A DNA stretch of 42,587 nt, taken from positions 1 to 42,587 of the IMG/VR virus record IMGVR_UViG_3300045988_039819; one strand, given 5' to 3'. A model generated the notes under the pieces. It was given only the letters and a program-made list of their open reading frames with translations. It ran no database searches and was not told the DNA's origin. The stretch is from a virus. The position numbers and the translations under genes were made by a program. Shown piece after piece: positions 14,833 through 22,967 of the stretch; within the stretch, counting starts at the first letter, position 1, and the number at the start of each line of letters is the position of its first letter.

Positions 14833-15116
14833 GCTCCCACAGCGGCGAGAGAGGATGCCGCCTCATCCGTGCAGGCCAAAACCTGGATCGCGCCCGTGAC
14901 CACCATTTCGGAAACCATCACCGTAAATTTGCAGCTCTTGGGAGAGGACGTGCCGTCAACCGCCAGCTGCTCCACAGCGCACGCACCGTCCCAGTACCAC
15001 AGCTTGCGCACGTTGGTCATAGTGACTTCGTCGCCGTTGCGTTCCTTGATCTGCCCGAAGAAAACGCCAGCCTGTGCGCACCGCACAACGTACATCTGAT
15101 TGTTTTTCGCTTCCAT
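14820..15116 (-). CDS. Hypothetical phage protein
   Basis: 98 aa (VVRCAQAGVFFGQIKERNGDEVTMTNVRKLWYWDGA). It recalls a recurrent phage family of unknown function. Confidence 0.6.
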   Translation of the reverse strand: MEAKNNQMYVVRCAQAGVFFGQIKERNGDEVTMTNVRKLWYWDGACAVEQLAVDGTSSPKSCKFTVMVSEMVVTGAIQVLACTDEAASSLAAVGAWKR

Positions 15117-15128
15117 TTTTTGCTCCTC

Positions 15129-15587
15129 CTAAATTTCTTTTATTGTAATTCCATGCACCATCAGCATCAGCTTCCGCTTGATAACAAACAGCCTGTAAGC
15201 GGCGCTCTTGGAATCATCGTAGCCCTTTACATCCTCCACCACCACTTTGCAGCCGTCCCGGTAAACAAAATCGGCAACATAGGTGCAGGGATGTTCCCAG
15301 TTCCCGTCGGCTCTTTTTTGCTTGGGTATCAGCTCAAACGGCACCTGGCAGCGCAAGCCCGTAATCTGGCCCGCTCGTTGCAGCAAATCCAGTTCCCGGA
15401 ACCTTTCCGCCTCCTTCTCGCTGGCAAAATTCCTTACCGTGCCATCCGGCATCCATACGTCTGTCGGCCTGGCGTGGTACTTGTTTGTTTTTTTCTCCCT
15501 GGGCCGCTTCTGCGCTCCCAGCTTTTGCAGCACTTGCCGCTGCGCCCCCGGCCCCAGCCGGGCCAGGTCTGCCGATGTCAGCGCCAT
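15129..15587 (-). CDS. DUF1064-like PD-(D/E)XK nuclease (putative Holliday-junction resolvase)
   Basis: 152 aa. The SEKEAERFRELDLL...YVADFVY...VVEDVKG...Y..K pattern matches my memory of DUF1064. Confidence 0.55.
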   Translation of the reverse strand: MALTSADLARLGPGAQRQVLQKLGAQKRPREKKTNKYHARPTDVWMPDGTVRNFASEKEAERFRELDLLQRAGQITGLRCQVPFELIPKQKRADGNWEHPCTYVADFVYRDGCKVVVEDVKGYDDSKSAAYRLFVIKRKLMLMVHGITIKEI

Positions 15588-15639
15588 CAGCCGTCACCGT
15601 CCTTTTGCTTGCCATGGTTGCAATAGATGTAAGTATCCA

Positions 15640-15915
15640 TCATGTGGCACCGTCCATCCGGGCCCCGCAGTTGGGGCAGTAATTCGAGCAAACTGGCAAC
15701 GTACCTTCGCATTGCGAGCACCGGCAGTAAAATCCGCCATAATCAATCCTTCTCCCATGCACCACCGGCAGTACGTCTGCCGCCGGAAGCTCATTCAGGA
15801 TACCAACGACGGCCACATACGCCTCCTCACCGGTCATAGCCCGCAGCGCCTTCTGCGTCTCGGAGGAGGTGATCTTCCCCATAGCGCCCGCTCTGCGGAT
15901 GTATTCCCCTCTCAT
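15640..15915 (-). CDS. Small zinc-ribbon protein
   Basis: 91 aa with C-terminal CRCSQC...CPNCG. It has an ATGA overlap with the upstream gene. Confidence 0.55.
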   Translation of the reverse strand: MRGEYIRRAGAMGKITSSETQKALRAMTGEEAYVAVVGILNELPAADVLPVVHGRRIDYGGFYCRCSQCEGTLPVCSNYCPNCGARMDGAT

Positions 15916-16319
15916 ACCTGCACCCCCTCCGCCATCAGCTTCCGTTTCCGCCGGTAGTAGGCGTTGTCGGCGGCGGCAAGTCCGGGGTTCGCAAGGCGGC
16001 GTTGCCTGGCGGCTTCCACCCGCTCCTCCCGGTGGGCGGCGTAGTAACGCCGCCCGCGCTCCCGCTCCCTCTCCGGGTCCCGGTTCTGGTCTTTCAAGCG
16101 GCGGCGCTCCTCAGCCTTGCCGTCAAACCAGCCGATATGCTTGTAACTGGCGGCGAAGCAGCCCTCAGAGCAGTAGTAGGTCGTGGCCATCTTCTTCCCG
16201 TCCCGGGGCACCTGCCGCACCCAGGGCGTATCCGCCGTGGTCACGATAGATCTCCCACAGGTGCCGCAGGTACGGAAAAGGGTCGCCCGCTTTTCCGCAT
16301 AAGGCCTCCTGGCGCTCAT
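15912..16319 (-). CDS. Hypothetical Cys-containing, Arg-rich protein
   Basis: 135 aa with CGTCG...YYCSEGC and an R/E-rich helical tail. Confidence 0.55.
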   Translation of the reverse strand: MSARRPYAEKRATLFRTCGTCGRSIVTTADTPWVRQVPRDGKKMATTYYCSEGCFAASYKHIGWFDGKAEERRRLKDQNRDPERERERGRRYYAAHREERVEAARQRRLANPGLAAADNAYYRRKRKLMAEGVQV

Positions 16320-16675
16320 GCCTTCCCCTCCTTTCCGGCCCGCCTGGGGCCGTATGTGATCTCCCGGATCTCTGGATAGCGCTCCCCGAAGGGAATGAGC
16401 GCCTGGTGGTCCCGCAGCAGGTCTAGTAAGAGCCGGTCCAATTTCTCCTGCCAGTAGTCGGCTTCCGTCCCGCCGTCCAGGGCGTCGTGGAACTGGTTGT
16501 AGGTCTTGCCCCAGGCATCCGTCAGCCGCTTGATCCGGTCATAGCCGAAGCCGAACTCCTGGTGGAGCGTCACCTGCAGGGTGTCAAGCATGAGCTGCTG
16601 GGTCACCCGCTCCGCCGCCTGGACCAGCCTCCGCCGGGTCTCCAGCTGCTGGATGAGGTATGCGGATTGCTTCAC
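16316..16675 (-). CDS. Hypothetical protein
   Basis: The preferred start is GTG at 16675, which overlaps the upstream TGA as GTGA and follows GGAGGCAGAAGG. The TTG at 16702 is less likely. Confidence 0.5.
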   Translation of the reverse strand: MKQSAYLIQQLETRRRLVQAAERVTQQLMLDTLQVTLHQEFGFGYDRIKRLTDAWGKTYNQFHDALDGGTEADYWQEKLDRLLLDLLRDHQALIPFGERYPEIREITYGPRRAGKEGKA

Positions 16676-16977
16676 CCTTCTGCCTCCAGCTCTCCGCCGC
16701 AAGCTCCATAACCCACCAGATCGATCCAGTTATCTGCCTTGCCGTGACCCGTGGCGATACGGGCAATCTTGAAAAGGCACATCATGGCCGCCACATCCTC
16801 CGGCAGAATCTGGACTTCCGAGGGCCCGCCGCACCGCGGCTCCAGGCACTTCTCCTGCAGGTAGGTCTCCCAAAACTGCCCGATTACCCCGAAGGACCGT
16901 TCCGGGCTGCCATAGTCCTGCTCCCGGTCGCCGCAAACGCATTTCTGGGCGGCTGCCAAAATTTCTTCTCTGGTCAT
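16672..16977 (-). CDS. DUF6378-like phage protein
   Basis: 101 aa. The GDREQDYGSPERSF...DVAAMMCLFKIARIATGHGKADNWIDLVGYGACGGE pattern is as I remember for this family. Confidence 0.5.
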   Translation of the reverse strand: MTREEILAAAQKCVCGDREQDYGSPERSFGVIGQFWETYLQEKCLEPRCGGPSEVQILPEDVAAMMCLFKIARIATGHGKADNWIDLVGYGACGGELEAEG

Positions 16978-16986
16978 TGTGTCCTC

Positions 16987-17127
16987 CTAACTTGTCTTCC
17001 CGTCCGCAACCACCTGCACCACCCGGACATTCCCAAGCGGTTCCAGCATCATAGCTACGGATTCCTTTGCCGCCATGTAATCGTCTACCCGGTAGACGTC
17101 TACCACCACTCGCACATGGTCAACCAT
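16987..17127 (-). CDS. Small hypothetical protein (46 aa)
   Basis: The start is taken at MVDHVRVVVDVY, overlapping the upstream gene by 8 nt. This is a weak call. Confidence 0.35.
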   Translation of the reverse strand: MVDHVRVVVDVYRVDDYMAAKESVAMMLEPLGNVRVVQVVADGKTS

Positions 17128-17680
17128 CCAGCTCCTCCTTCGAGCCATCCAACCGCAGTGCTGATGCGGCACCGCCAATCATGGCCCGGACATCTGCCGG
17201 GAGAGCGGCCATCTCCCGGTCGGCCTTCTGCCGCACCCGGAAATTCCGCTGGAAGTTGGAGGCCACCACGCTATGTACCGTGTCGCTGTCCATCATGGCC
17301 CATTCCCGCAGCTGGGAGGGAGACCCCACAAAGCGCCGCACGGCCTCCGGCAGCCGCTCAAACTCCCGGCGGCTATCATAGGCGCTGTTGCGGATGGCGG
17401 CAGCCACCAAAGCCCACGCCTCACCCTCGGTCATCTCCTGAGGCGTGGTAATCTGCCGCAGCCGGGCCTTGACTTGCCCGATGGTCGGCGGAAAGCTGGA
17501 CGCCTCCGCCACGATGAGCGCCTTGACGGCAGCCGCCACCAGGGCAACGTCATCCTCCCGGAACATCTCGGCCCAAAGGCTCAAAATCTGCTTGCGCTCC
17601 GCGTCGCTGGACTTGGCGTAGAAGCCAGGATAGGCGGCGTTCAGCACGTTCATGACCATCGAAGTCTCCTGCACTGTCAT
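17120..17680 (-). CDS. Replicative-helicase loader/inhibitor-like protein (SPP1 G39P family)
   Basis: 186 aa. The N-terminal NVLNAAYPGFY...LWAEMFREDD...FPPTIGQVK resembles G39P. The gene lies next to the DnaD-like gene. Confidence 0.55.
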   Translation of the reverse strand: MTVQETSMVMNVLNAAYPGFYAKSSDAERKQILSLWAEMFREDDVALVAAAVKALIVAEASSFPPTIGQVKARLRQITTPQEMTEGEAWALVAAAIRNSAYDSRREFERLPEAVRRFVGSPSQLREWAMMDSDTVHSVVASNFQRNFRVRQKADREMAALPADVRAMIGGAASALRLDGSKEELDG

Positions 17681-18411
17681 GTGGCACCCTCCATTTCCTC
17701 GCAGATATCAGTCCAGCTCTTCCGTTCTTGCCCCCTTTGGCCGTTTCCGCCCCGCTCCCGACGCCGATTATCTAGAGCGTCCCAGTCCGCCAAACACTTG
17801 ACGCCCCGCTGCTGCTTGTCCTGCAGGATGCCCCGGATATAGCTCCAGCGGGTAATGCGCTCGTCCAGGGCGATGTCAAAGGCCCTCCGGCAGCAATCCG
17901 GTCCCATCGCCTCCACAAAACCCGCCAGCTCGTCCAACGATGCCGGGGAGGCTGCGGCGTTGACCCGGTTGAGATAATCCGCCTGGACCATCGCCACGGC
18001 GGAGGAGAACGGAGAAACACCGGCGGCTGCGGCGGGGCTTTTTGTATTACCCCCGCCAGGGGGTAATATTTTTAAACATTCGTTCTCTCCCTCTCCCTCT
18101 CCCTCTCTCTCACTCTCCTCCTCTCTCTCCCCCTCTCCCTCTTTCTCCTTGCGGGTTTGTTCCGGTTTGTTATCGGTTTGTTCCTGATTTGTTTTCCGTT
18201 TGTTCAGTCGGTTTGCGGCTTTGTTCCTACCGCTGTCCAGCGTGGGACGAATCAAAGTGAAAACAGAATTTGGAACTCCGGATAGGCTCGGAACCTCCTC
18301 ATCGAGGGCATAGGCGCAGATGGCGAGGACGGCAACCTTGAAATCCTTCGCGGGCAGGGTACGCAGCGCCTCATAGTAGCTCCGGTACCAGGTGAATTGA
18401 CTTCGCTCCAT
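17677..18411 (-). CDS. Replisome organiser (N-terminal phage replisome-organiser region plus C-terminal DnaD/DnaB_2 domain)
   Basis: The start is at MERSQFTWYRSYYEAL (ATG 18411), after GAGG. An acidic EGEGE linker is followed by a C-terminal ...RWSYIRGILQDKQQRGV region. The gene contains iterons, annotated separately. Confidence 0.7.
   Translation of the reverse strand: MERSQFTWYRSYYEALRTLPAKDFKVAVLAICAYALDEEVPSLSGVPNSVFTLIRPTLDSGRNKAANRLNKRKTNQEQTDNKPEQTRKEKEGEGEREEESEREGEGEGENECLKILPPGGGNTKSPAAAAGVSPFSSAVAMVQADYLNRVNAAASPASLDELAGFVEAMGPDCCRRAFDIALDERITRWSYIRGILQDKQQRGVKCLADWDALDNRRRERGGNGQRGQERKSWTDICEEMEGAT
18083..18150. repeat. 68-bp polypyrimidine/polypurine tract
   Basis: The plus strand is almost pure C/T (ttctctccctctccctctccctctctctcactctcctcctctctctccccctctccctctttctcctt), with a single A. 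It encodes the acidic linker of the replisome organiser. Confidence 0.85.
18154..18225. repeat. Iteron-like array: 7 direct repeats of (G/C)GTTTGTT at about 11-bp spacing (candidate ori)
   Basis: GGTTTGTT occurs at 18154, 18164 and 18175. Variants follow: GATTTGTT at 18186, CGTTTGTT at 18197, GGTTTGCG at 18210 and GCTTTGTT at 18218. Confidence 0.6.
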
Positions 18412-18419
18412 ATCTCGCC

Positions 18420-19088
18420 TCACTCTCTGTGCTGATGCAGAAACAGCACCTTACTCCATCCCTCTTTGGCGTTGGCGGCAAGCCAGGCTTCCGCCTGCTC
18501 CCGGCTCAGGTGGCTCTCCATGCAGCGGCTCTCGTAGGCATACCCGCCTGCCGCCAGCTTCCGGGCCATCCGCTCCTGGATCTCCTCCTCGCCGTAGTTG
18601 GCCTCGATGAGGTAGAGGTCGTAGTCCCTGGCCTCCACACCATCCAGGGAGCCGCAGTCCGTAGCATAGAAGACCGCCTCCCGCTGACCGCCCCGATCCG
18701 CAAAGATATGCCAGGCGCAGTTGGAGACATCGTGGGGAATGGGCTGCATCTCGAATTGAATATTGCGCCAGGTCCCGCCCAGCCGTCCGTATGAGAGCCG
18801 GTAGGCCGTACTTGCCACATCGATCACCCGCTCATGGATGCCCAGGGAACTCAATGGCTGGTGCAGCCAGGGCGGGCAGAGAAAGCGCAGCGCAGGCCGA
18901 AGGAAAGCCAGGCGCTTGATGGTCTCCGGGCGGAAGTGGTCCCCGTGGATGTGGGTCAGGACCACCAGGGAGAGGTCCTGACAGACCTCCTCCAGCGCCC
19001 CGAAGGGCACGCCGCAGTCCAGAAGAATGGTCCCATCCAGAACCACGGCGTTGCCCTGAGACCCGGTTGCGATCACATTACAGGTCAC
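18420..19088 (-). CDS. MBL-fold metallo-hydrolase
   Basis: 222 aa with an HxHxDH motif (LTHIHGDHF). The gene is adjacent to the RecT-like gene. Confidence 0.75.
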   Translation of the reverse strand: MTCNVIATGSQGNAVVLDGTILLDCGVPFGALEEVCQDLSLVVLTHIHGDHFRPETIKRLAFLRPALRFLCPPWLHQPLSSLGIHERVIDVASTAYRLSYGRLGGTWRNIQFEMQPIPHDVSNCAWHIFADRGGQREAVFYATDCGSLDGVEARDYDLYLIEANYGEEEIQERMARKLAAGGYAYESRCMESHLSREQAEAWLAANAKEGWSKVLFLHQHRE

Positions 19089-19950
19089 TCAGGCTCACCT
19101 GCTTCGGAGCGCTGTCGGTCCTGCCGTCATCCGGCGTGCCGACCGTTTCAGCGGGGGTCTCTTCCATCACCTCGCCGGTCTTCTCGTCCACGGCGGGCAG
19201 GTCAAAATACTGCTCCCGGTCCGCCCGGCCATCCTTCAGGGCCGTATAGACCCCCCGCAGTTTCACAATGCTCTGGCTAGTGAAGGCCTCCGCCTTGCAG
19301 CCGATGTACTTTTCCAGGCACTCCAGCGGCACGCCGAAGTCCTCCTGGAACGCCTGGGCCATCTTCCGCACCCGGTCAATCAGAGGCTCCCCGCCGCCCA
19401 GAAGCGTTTTTTCACAGGCGTCAACGGCGGCGTCCACCACGTCCCCAGGGATGATCCCCAGGATGCAGGCACGCATCCGCCGGGCGCCCTGGTTTGCCAC
19501 CATCTCGTAGATGTCCCGAGGATCCGTCAGGGCCTTAGTGCCCTTCTTGGTCTGCCGGACGTGGGGGACTTCAAAAATCTTGGTCTGCCGGACATTGGTC
19601 TCCAGATCCCAGCAGTAGGCCATCACCGTGGAGCGGTTGCCCTTCTGCTCCAGTTCCGTGATGCCGAAGTCCAGGTTGCCCCAGTTCTGGGCCATGACCT
19701 CCGCCAGGCGGATGGAAGGGCCGGTGACGTTCTCCCCGCCGCGGGGATACTCATAGACTGCCCGCTCCGCCAGACTCCTGCGCTTGCAGGCGTTGAGGAT
19801 GCGGTTGTGGCTCTCCACCTCGTTCCGAGGGAAGCGCTTTGCCACCACCATCGCCGCCTGGACCTCCTGGGCCTGCCGGGAGATCATCATTTCCGTACTT
19901 ACCGTCTTCGGGACCATCCCCTCATTGGGGGCATAGTTCTGCTCGTTCAT
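19078..19950 (-). CDS. RecT/Red-beta-type single-strand annealing protein
   Basis: 290 aa. The SIRLAEVMAQNWGNL...MAYCWDLETN region is typical of RecT-like recombinases, and the synteny with DUF1351-like and MBL genes supports the call. Confidence 0.65.
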   Translation of the reverse strand: MNEQNYAPNEGMVPKTVSTEMMISRQAQEVQAAMVVAKRFPRNEVESHNRILNACKRRSLAERAVYEYPRGGENVTGPSIRLAEVMAQNWGNLDFGITELEQKGNRSTVMAYCWDLETNVRQTKIFEVPHVRQTKKGTKALTDPRDIYEMVANQGARRMRACILGIIPGDVVDAAVDACEKTLLGGGEPLIDRVRKMAQAFQEDFGVPLECLEKYIGCKAEAFTSQSIVKLRGVYTALKDGRADREQYFDLPAVDEKTGEVMEETPAETVGTPDDGRTDSAPKQVSLSDL

Positions 19951-19964
19951 GGCAATTCTCCTCT

Positions 19965-20858
19965 TCAGTTGTAGTCGTAGCCGTTGCTGTCCAGGAAACT
20001 CTTCAGGAGCTTCAGCCGCTCCCGGGTGGCCGTCACGGTGAAGGTGCAGGTCAGGATCTCAACAGCCGCCTTCTCCACCCGCTTGGGGACCGGCGTTACC
20101 TCCGGGGTCTCCTGGACGGGCCGGACACAGGCCTCCGCCGCTTCGGCCTTCCGCTGCCGCTCCGCCTCCAACAGCTGGTGCCGCTTGGTCACCAGCTGAA
20201 TGGCGAAGGTCAGGTCCAGGCACTTCTTGTACTCCACGGCGATCTCGTCCCCATGCTCCATGCCGTCGATGGTGGCCATCGCCTGGGCGCAGCCCTCCAC
20301 CATCATCCGCAGCTGCTCCATGAGCTTCTTGGGGGTCTTGGCACGGGCCGAGGCCATGTCCACTTTCACGCCGGTCTGCTCATAGGTCAGGAAATCGACC
20401 CCGTGGGCGGCGCAGAGCTCCCCAAAGTAGTGCCGCAGATACTCCTCACAGTGTTCCTTGATCTCCCGTTCCGTGGCCTCGATCTTCCCCTTCAGGTCGG
20501 CGTCCGCCTGGCGGAAGGGGACCGCCACGCAGTCCCGGTAAACCGCCTCAAAGCGGTCATAGGGCTCCATGATGGCGGCCTTCACTGCCTTCCGCTGGGC
20601 CTCCATCTCCGCAAATTCCTGGTTCAGCTCCGCCCGGACGGTCTTCACCGCCGCCAGGGTCTCCGGAGCGCATACCATGCTCATGGCCTGGCCCGTGCGC
20701 CGCTCCGTGGCCTCCTTCAGGTCCCGCAGCCGCTCCTCAATGACGGGGAGCTGGACCAGCCGGATCAATCCGCTGTCCTGGGCCGTCTCCCGGCAATCGC
20801 AGGTCTCCCCGGCGTCCAGGGACGCCCCGCAGTTCTCACACACCTTCGGTGCTGTCAT
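19965..20858 (-). CDS. DUF1351-like protein with an N-terminal CxxC...CxC cluster
   Basis: The start is at MTAPKVCENCG (ATG 20858), after AGGAGG. It is a long helical protein upstream of recT, as in many Firmicutes siphophages. Confidence 0.5.
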   Translation of the reverse strand: MTAPKVCENCGASLDAGETCDCRETAQDSGLIRLVQLPVIEERLRDLKEATERRTGQAMSMVCAPETLAAVKTVRAELNQEFAEMEAQRKAVKAAIMEPYDRFEAVYRDCVAVPFRQADADLKGKIEATEREIKEHCEEYLRHYFGELCAAHGVDFLTYEQTGVKVDMASARAKTPKKLMEQLRMMVEGCAQAMATIDGMEHGDEIAVEYKKCLDLTFAIQLVTKRHQLLEAERQRKAEAAEACVRPVQETPEVTPVPKRVEKAAVEILTCTFTVTATRERLKLLKSFLDSNGYDYN

Positions 20859-20881
20859 GTCTTTGTCCTCCTGTTTCGTTC

Positions 20882-21055
20882 TCAATCCGCCAGATACCGA
20901 TACTCCCAAACGTCCAGAGTTTCCACACACTTTTCACAGCCAACGACGGCCCCGAATAATCCCCGGTACAGCGTCTCGCACTCCTCGCCGCAGCATGGGC
21001 AGCGGGGATTTTCTTCCGGCTCCGGCGGCTCCAATGGCCGCTCGGGGATATCCAT
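20882..21055 (-). CDS. Small zinc-ribbon protein (57 aa)
   Basis: The start is at MDIPERP, 1 nt after the upstream stop. Motifs CPCCG...GCEKC are present. Confidence 0.45.
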   Translation of the reverse strand: MDIPERPLEPPEPEENPRCPCCGEECETLYRGLFGAVVGCEKCVETLDVWEYRYLAD

Positions 21056-21056
21056 G

Positions 21057-21371
21057 TCAGAAAAGGATCTCACCGGTCACATCCTCGATTCTCCGCCGCA
21101 GGCGGTTCAGCTTGCGGATCTCCTCCTCGGTGGTATCGCCGAAAATGAGGGAAAGCTGGTTGAGCATGATGCCCACGTCGGCCATCTCCTCCCGGATATT
21201 GGTCACAATCGTGGCAGAATCATCGGCCCGGATGTACTTGGTGAGGGCCTTCGTCAGCTCGCTCATCTCCTCGATGGCCACGATGATCTGCATCTCAGAG
21301 CCCCAGGTGTCGATAGCAGCCTCCAGGATCCGGCCTTCCCGCTCCTGGGTCATTTTCATTTCTTCGTTCAT
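21057..21371 (-). CDS. MazG-like nucleotide pyrophosphohydrolase
   Basis: 104 aa. The IEEMSELTKAL...REEMADV EExxE/ExxD motifs are typical of small all-alpha MazG proteins. Confidence 0.6.
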   Translation of the reverse strand: MNEEMKMTQEREGRILEAAIDTWGSEMQIIVAIEEMSELTKALTKYIRADDSATIVTNIREEMADVGIMLNQLSLIFGDTTEEEIRKLNRLRRRIEDVTGEILF

Positions 21372-21414
21372 TGCTTTTCCTCCTTCAAACTTCTCCCCTG
21401 GGCACCCATATGGC

Positions 21415-21564
21415 CTAATACTTGGACATCCCAGGGCGCTTTGTTAGTTTTCTGCGGCTGATGGAGGAGGTCACCGTCCCCACGGTAACGCCCGCCATCC
21501 GGGCCAACTCCTCCATGGAATCCGCCCGCTCGGGAGAGATGGGATCGTTATGCCAGGCGGTCAT
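21415..21564 (-). CDS. Small HTH protein (49 aa), absent from the ORF track
   Basis: The translation is MTAWHNDPISPERADSMEELARMAGVTVGTVTSSISRRKLTKRPGMSKY*. It has an ATGA overlap with the methyltransferase-like gene. Confidence 0.5.
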   Translation of the reverse strand: MTAWHNDPISPERADSMEELARMAGVTVGTVTSSISRRKLTKRPGMSKY

Positions 21565-22223
21565 AGACACCCCCACTGCTCCGCCATAGCTTTGGCAATG
21601 CCGGGGAAGGTCTTGCTCCGGTCCTTTGCGCTGAGTTTTAATCCGTCGAGTTTAGTTCTCGTTGTCCGCCCGTGCCCCGTATCCACCCAACGTGCCTTAG
21701 GCGTTACTACCTGTGTCGGCTCTAACGGCAGCAGATTTTTAAGCCATAAACACGTCCGTTTAGTGTAGGGATGCCCAAACATGTAAGGTTGGATAATCTG
21801 GCTGTACTCCGGCAACTCGCATATGTGCATGGGGGCCGGATTTTTGACGCAAATCATTGGTATATCAGCCCGTAAAATCATCTTGAAAAACTCTGCCGCC
21901 TCACGCATATGGTAATATCTCTCTGCATTGATCCATTTTTGCCCGGATGGATCAATACGAATCAGGCGCATACTTCCAGCGGATGTCAGATAAGTACAAG
22001 GCGGGTGTGCGATCAGCAAGTCCCATTTGCCGACGTTATGCAACCGTCCGTCCATCGTAGACACTTGCCCCCTCTCGATGGCCTTGAGCGCATCACCTAA
22101 GATGTGCCACTCAGGGTGTCCGCCGGAGGGTTCCTGAATGTCGCAGCTATACGCCTCGTGGCCCAGCGACCGGAACGCCTTGCAGACTTCCTGCGATTCC
22201 TCGCAGGCAACTAGAACTTTCAT
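21561..22223 (-). CDS. Orphan DNA cytosine-C5 methyltransferase-like protein
   Basis: 220 aa. The catalytic-type motif is LIAHPPCTYLTSAG. The N-terminus is VLVACEESQEVCKAF instead of a canonical FxGxG. No cognate nuclease gene is present. Confidence 0.55.
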   Translation of the reverse strand: MKVLVACEESQEVCKAFRSLGHEAYSCDIQEPSGGHPEWHILGDALKAIERGQVSTMDGRLHNVGKWDLLIAHPPCTYLTSAGSMRLIRIDPSGQKWINAERYYHMREAAEFFKMILRADIPMICVKNPAPMHICELPEYSQIIQPYMFGHPYTKRTCLWLKNLLPLEPTQVVTPKARWVDTGHGRTTRTKLDGLKLSAKDRSKTFPGIAKAMAEQWGCL

Positions 22224-22315
22224 CCCCGCCCCTCGATCCTGTCGATGAGCCGGAACACCCAGCTCGTGGCCGTCCCGGCCCCGATAATGACCAGCGCCAG
22301 CGTGTATCCATCCAT
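22220..22315 (-). CDS. Micro-ORF (31 aa) encoding a single-TM peptide
   Basis: The translation is MDGYTLALVIIGAGTATSWVFRLIDRIEGRG*. It has a TAATG overlap upstream and an ATGA overlap downstream. Confidence 0.4.
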   Translation of the reverse strand: MDGYTLALVIIGAGTATSWVFRLIDRIEGRG

Positions 22316-22572
22316 TATGCTTGTCCTCCCATCAGCCGGATCGCCTCCGCCTCCGTGAAATGGAGGACTTGGCTAATCCGGAAAAGTTCCCAGGCGCTCC
22401 AACCCTTTTTAAAGCGGTTGCACGTCTGCGTCTCCGACAGGCCGATGGCCTCACCCAGCTCCTTATTGTGGGCTACCTCCTGGCGGGCCATCGCCTCCCG
22501 GATCGTCCGGTTTACCATCTTCCGGTAAGTCTCCGGGTTCCTGGAAAACCGATCTAGCTTTGTCCTCGGCAT
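22315..22572 (-). CDS. HTH regulator (second gene of the early operon)
   Basis: 85 aa with NKELGEAIGLSETQTCNRFKKG, an HTH. Confidence 0.55.
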   Translation of the reverse strand: MPRTKLDRFSRNPETYRKMVNRTIREAMARQEVAHNKELGEAIGLSETQTCNRFKKGWSAWELFRISQVLHFTEAEAIRLMGGQA

Positions 22573-22748
22573 TCCATCAGCTCCTCCACCGATACGCCAT
22601 ACAGCTTCGCCAGCTTCTTGTGGTACTTCCGGGAAATGCCGTTTTTGCCATTTTCCCAGTTAGACACGGCAATGATGGTCACATTGAGCTTCTTTGCGAC
22701 CTCGCTTTGCATTAGGCCCGCCGCAAGCCTAAGCTCCCTTAATGTCAA
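22554..22748 (-). CDS. Cro-like XRE-family HTH repressor
   Basis: 64 aa. The sequence LRLAAGLMQSEVAKKLNVTIIAVSNWENGKN is a textbook XRE HTH. The start is TTG, after GGAGGG. It is the first gene of the leftward operon. Confidence 0.75.
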   Translation of the reverse strand: MTLRELRLAAGLMQSEVAKKLNVTIIAVSNWENGKNGISRKYHKKLAKLYGVSVEELMECRGQS

Positions 22749-22786
22749 GATTTTGTCCCTCCTTCTGCGTTATTAAGAACTTTATC

Positions 22787-22815
22787 TTGACAAACTTAAA
22801 ACGCACCGCTATTAT
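22787..22815 (+). promoter_or_regulatory. Sigma-70-type promoter firing rightward (lysogeny side)
   Basis: TTGACA (22787-22792), a 17-nt spacer, then TATTAT (22810-22815). It is back-to-back with the Cro-like gene. Confidence 0.6.
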
Positions 22816-22950
22816 GTAAGTGTCAGCCAACAAAATATCGGCTATAGGCCCGCAGAACGGAGAAATCCGAGGGGGGCTTGGTTTTTTGTTGCCTTGATTA
22901 AGTTCTGTAAGGCTATTATAGCCGAAGTTTTTCTGGCTGTCAACTGTATA

Positions 22951-22967
22951 GCCAGAAAATTTCTGGC
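22951..22967. promoter_or_regulatory. 17-bp palindromic operator candidate
   Basis: GCCAGAAA-A-TTTCTGGC is a perfect palindrome. An extra TTTCTGGC half-site lies at 22930-22937. Confidence 0.4.

Noticed and set aside
19839-21461. Very long plus-strand ORFs antisense to minus-strand genes: 540 aa here, and also 31409..32866 (485 aa), 34117..35511 (464 aa), 93..941 and 3160..3975.
   Set aside because: Their translations are R/P/G/A/L-rich and low in complexity, with no RBS context. Each lies opposite a well-supported minus-strand gene (the RecT module, the endolysin, the collagen-like fibre, the capsid). These are typical shadow ORFs of GC-rich coding DNA.
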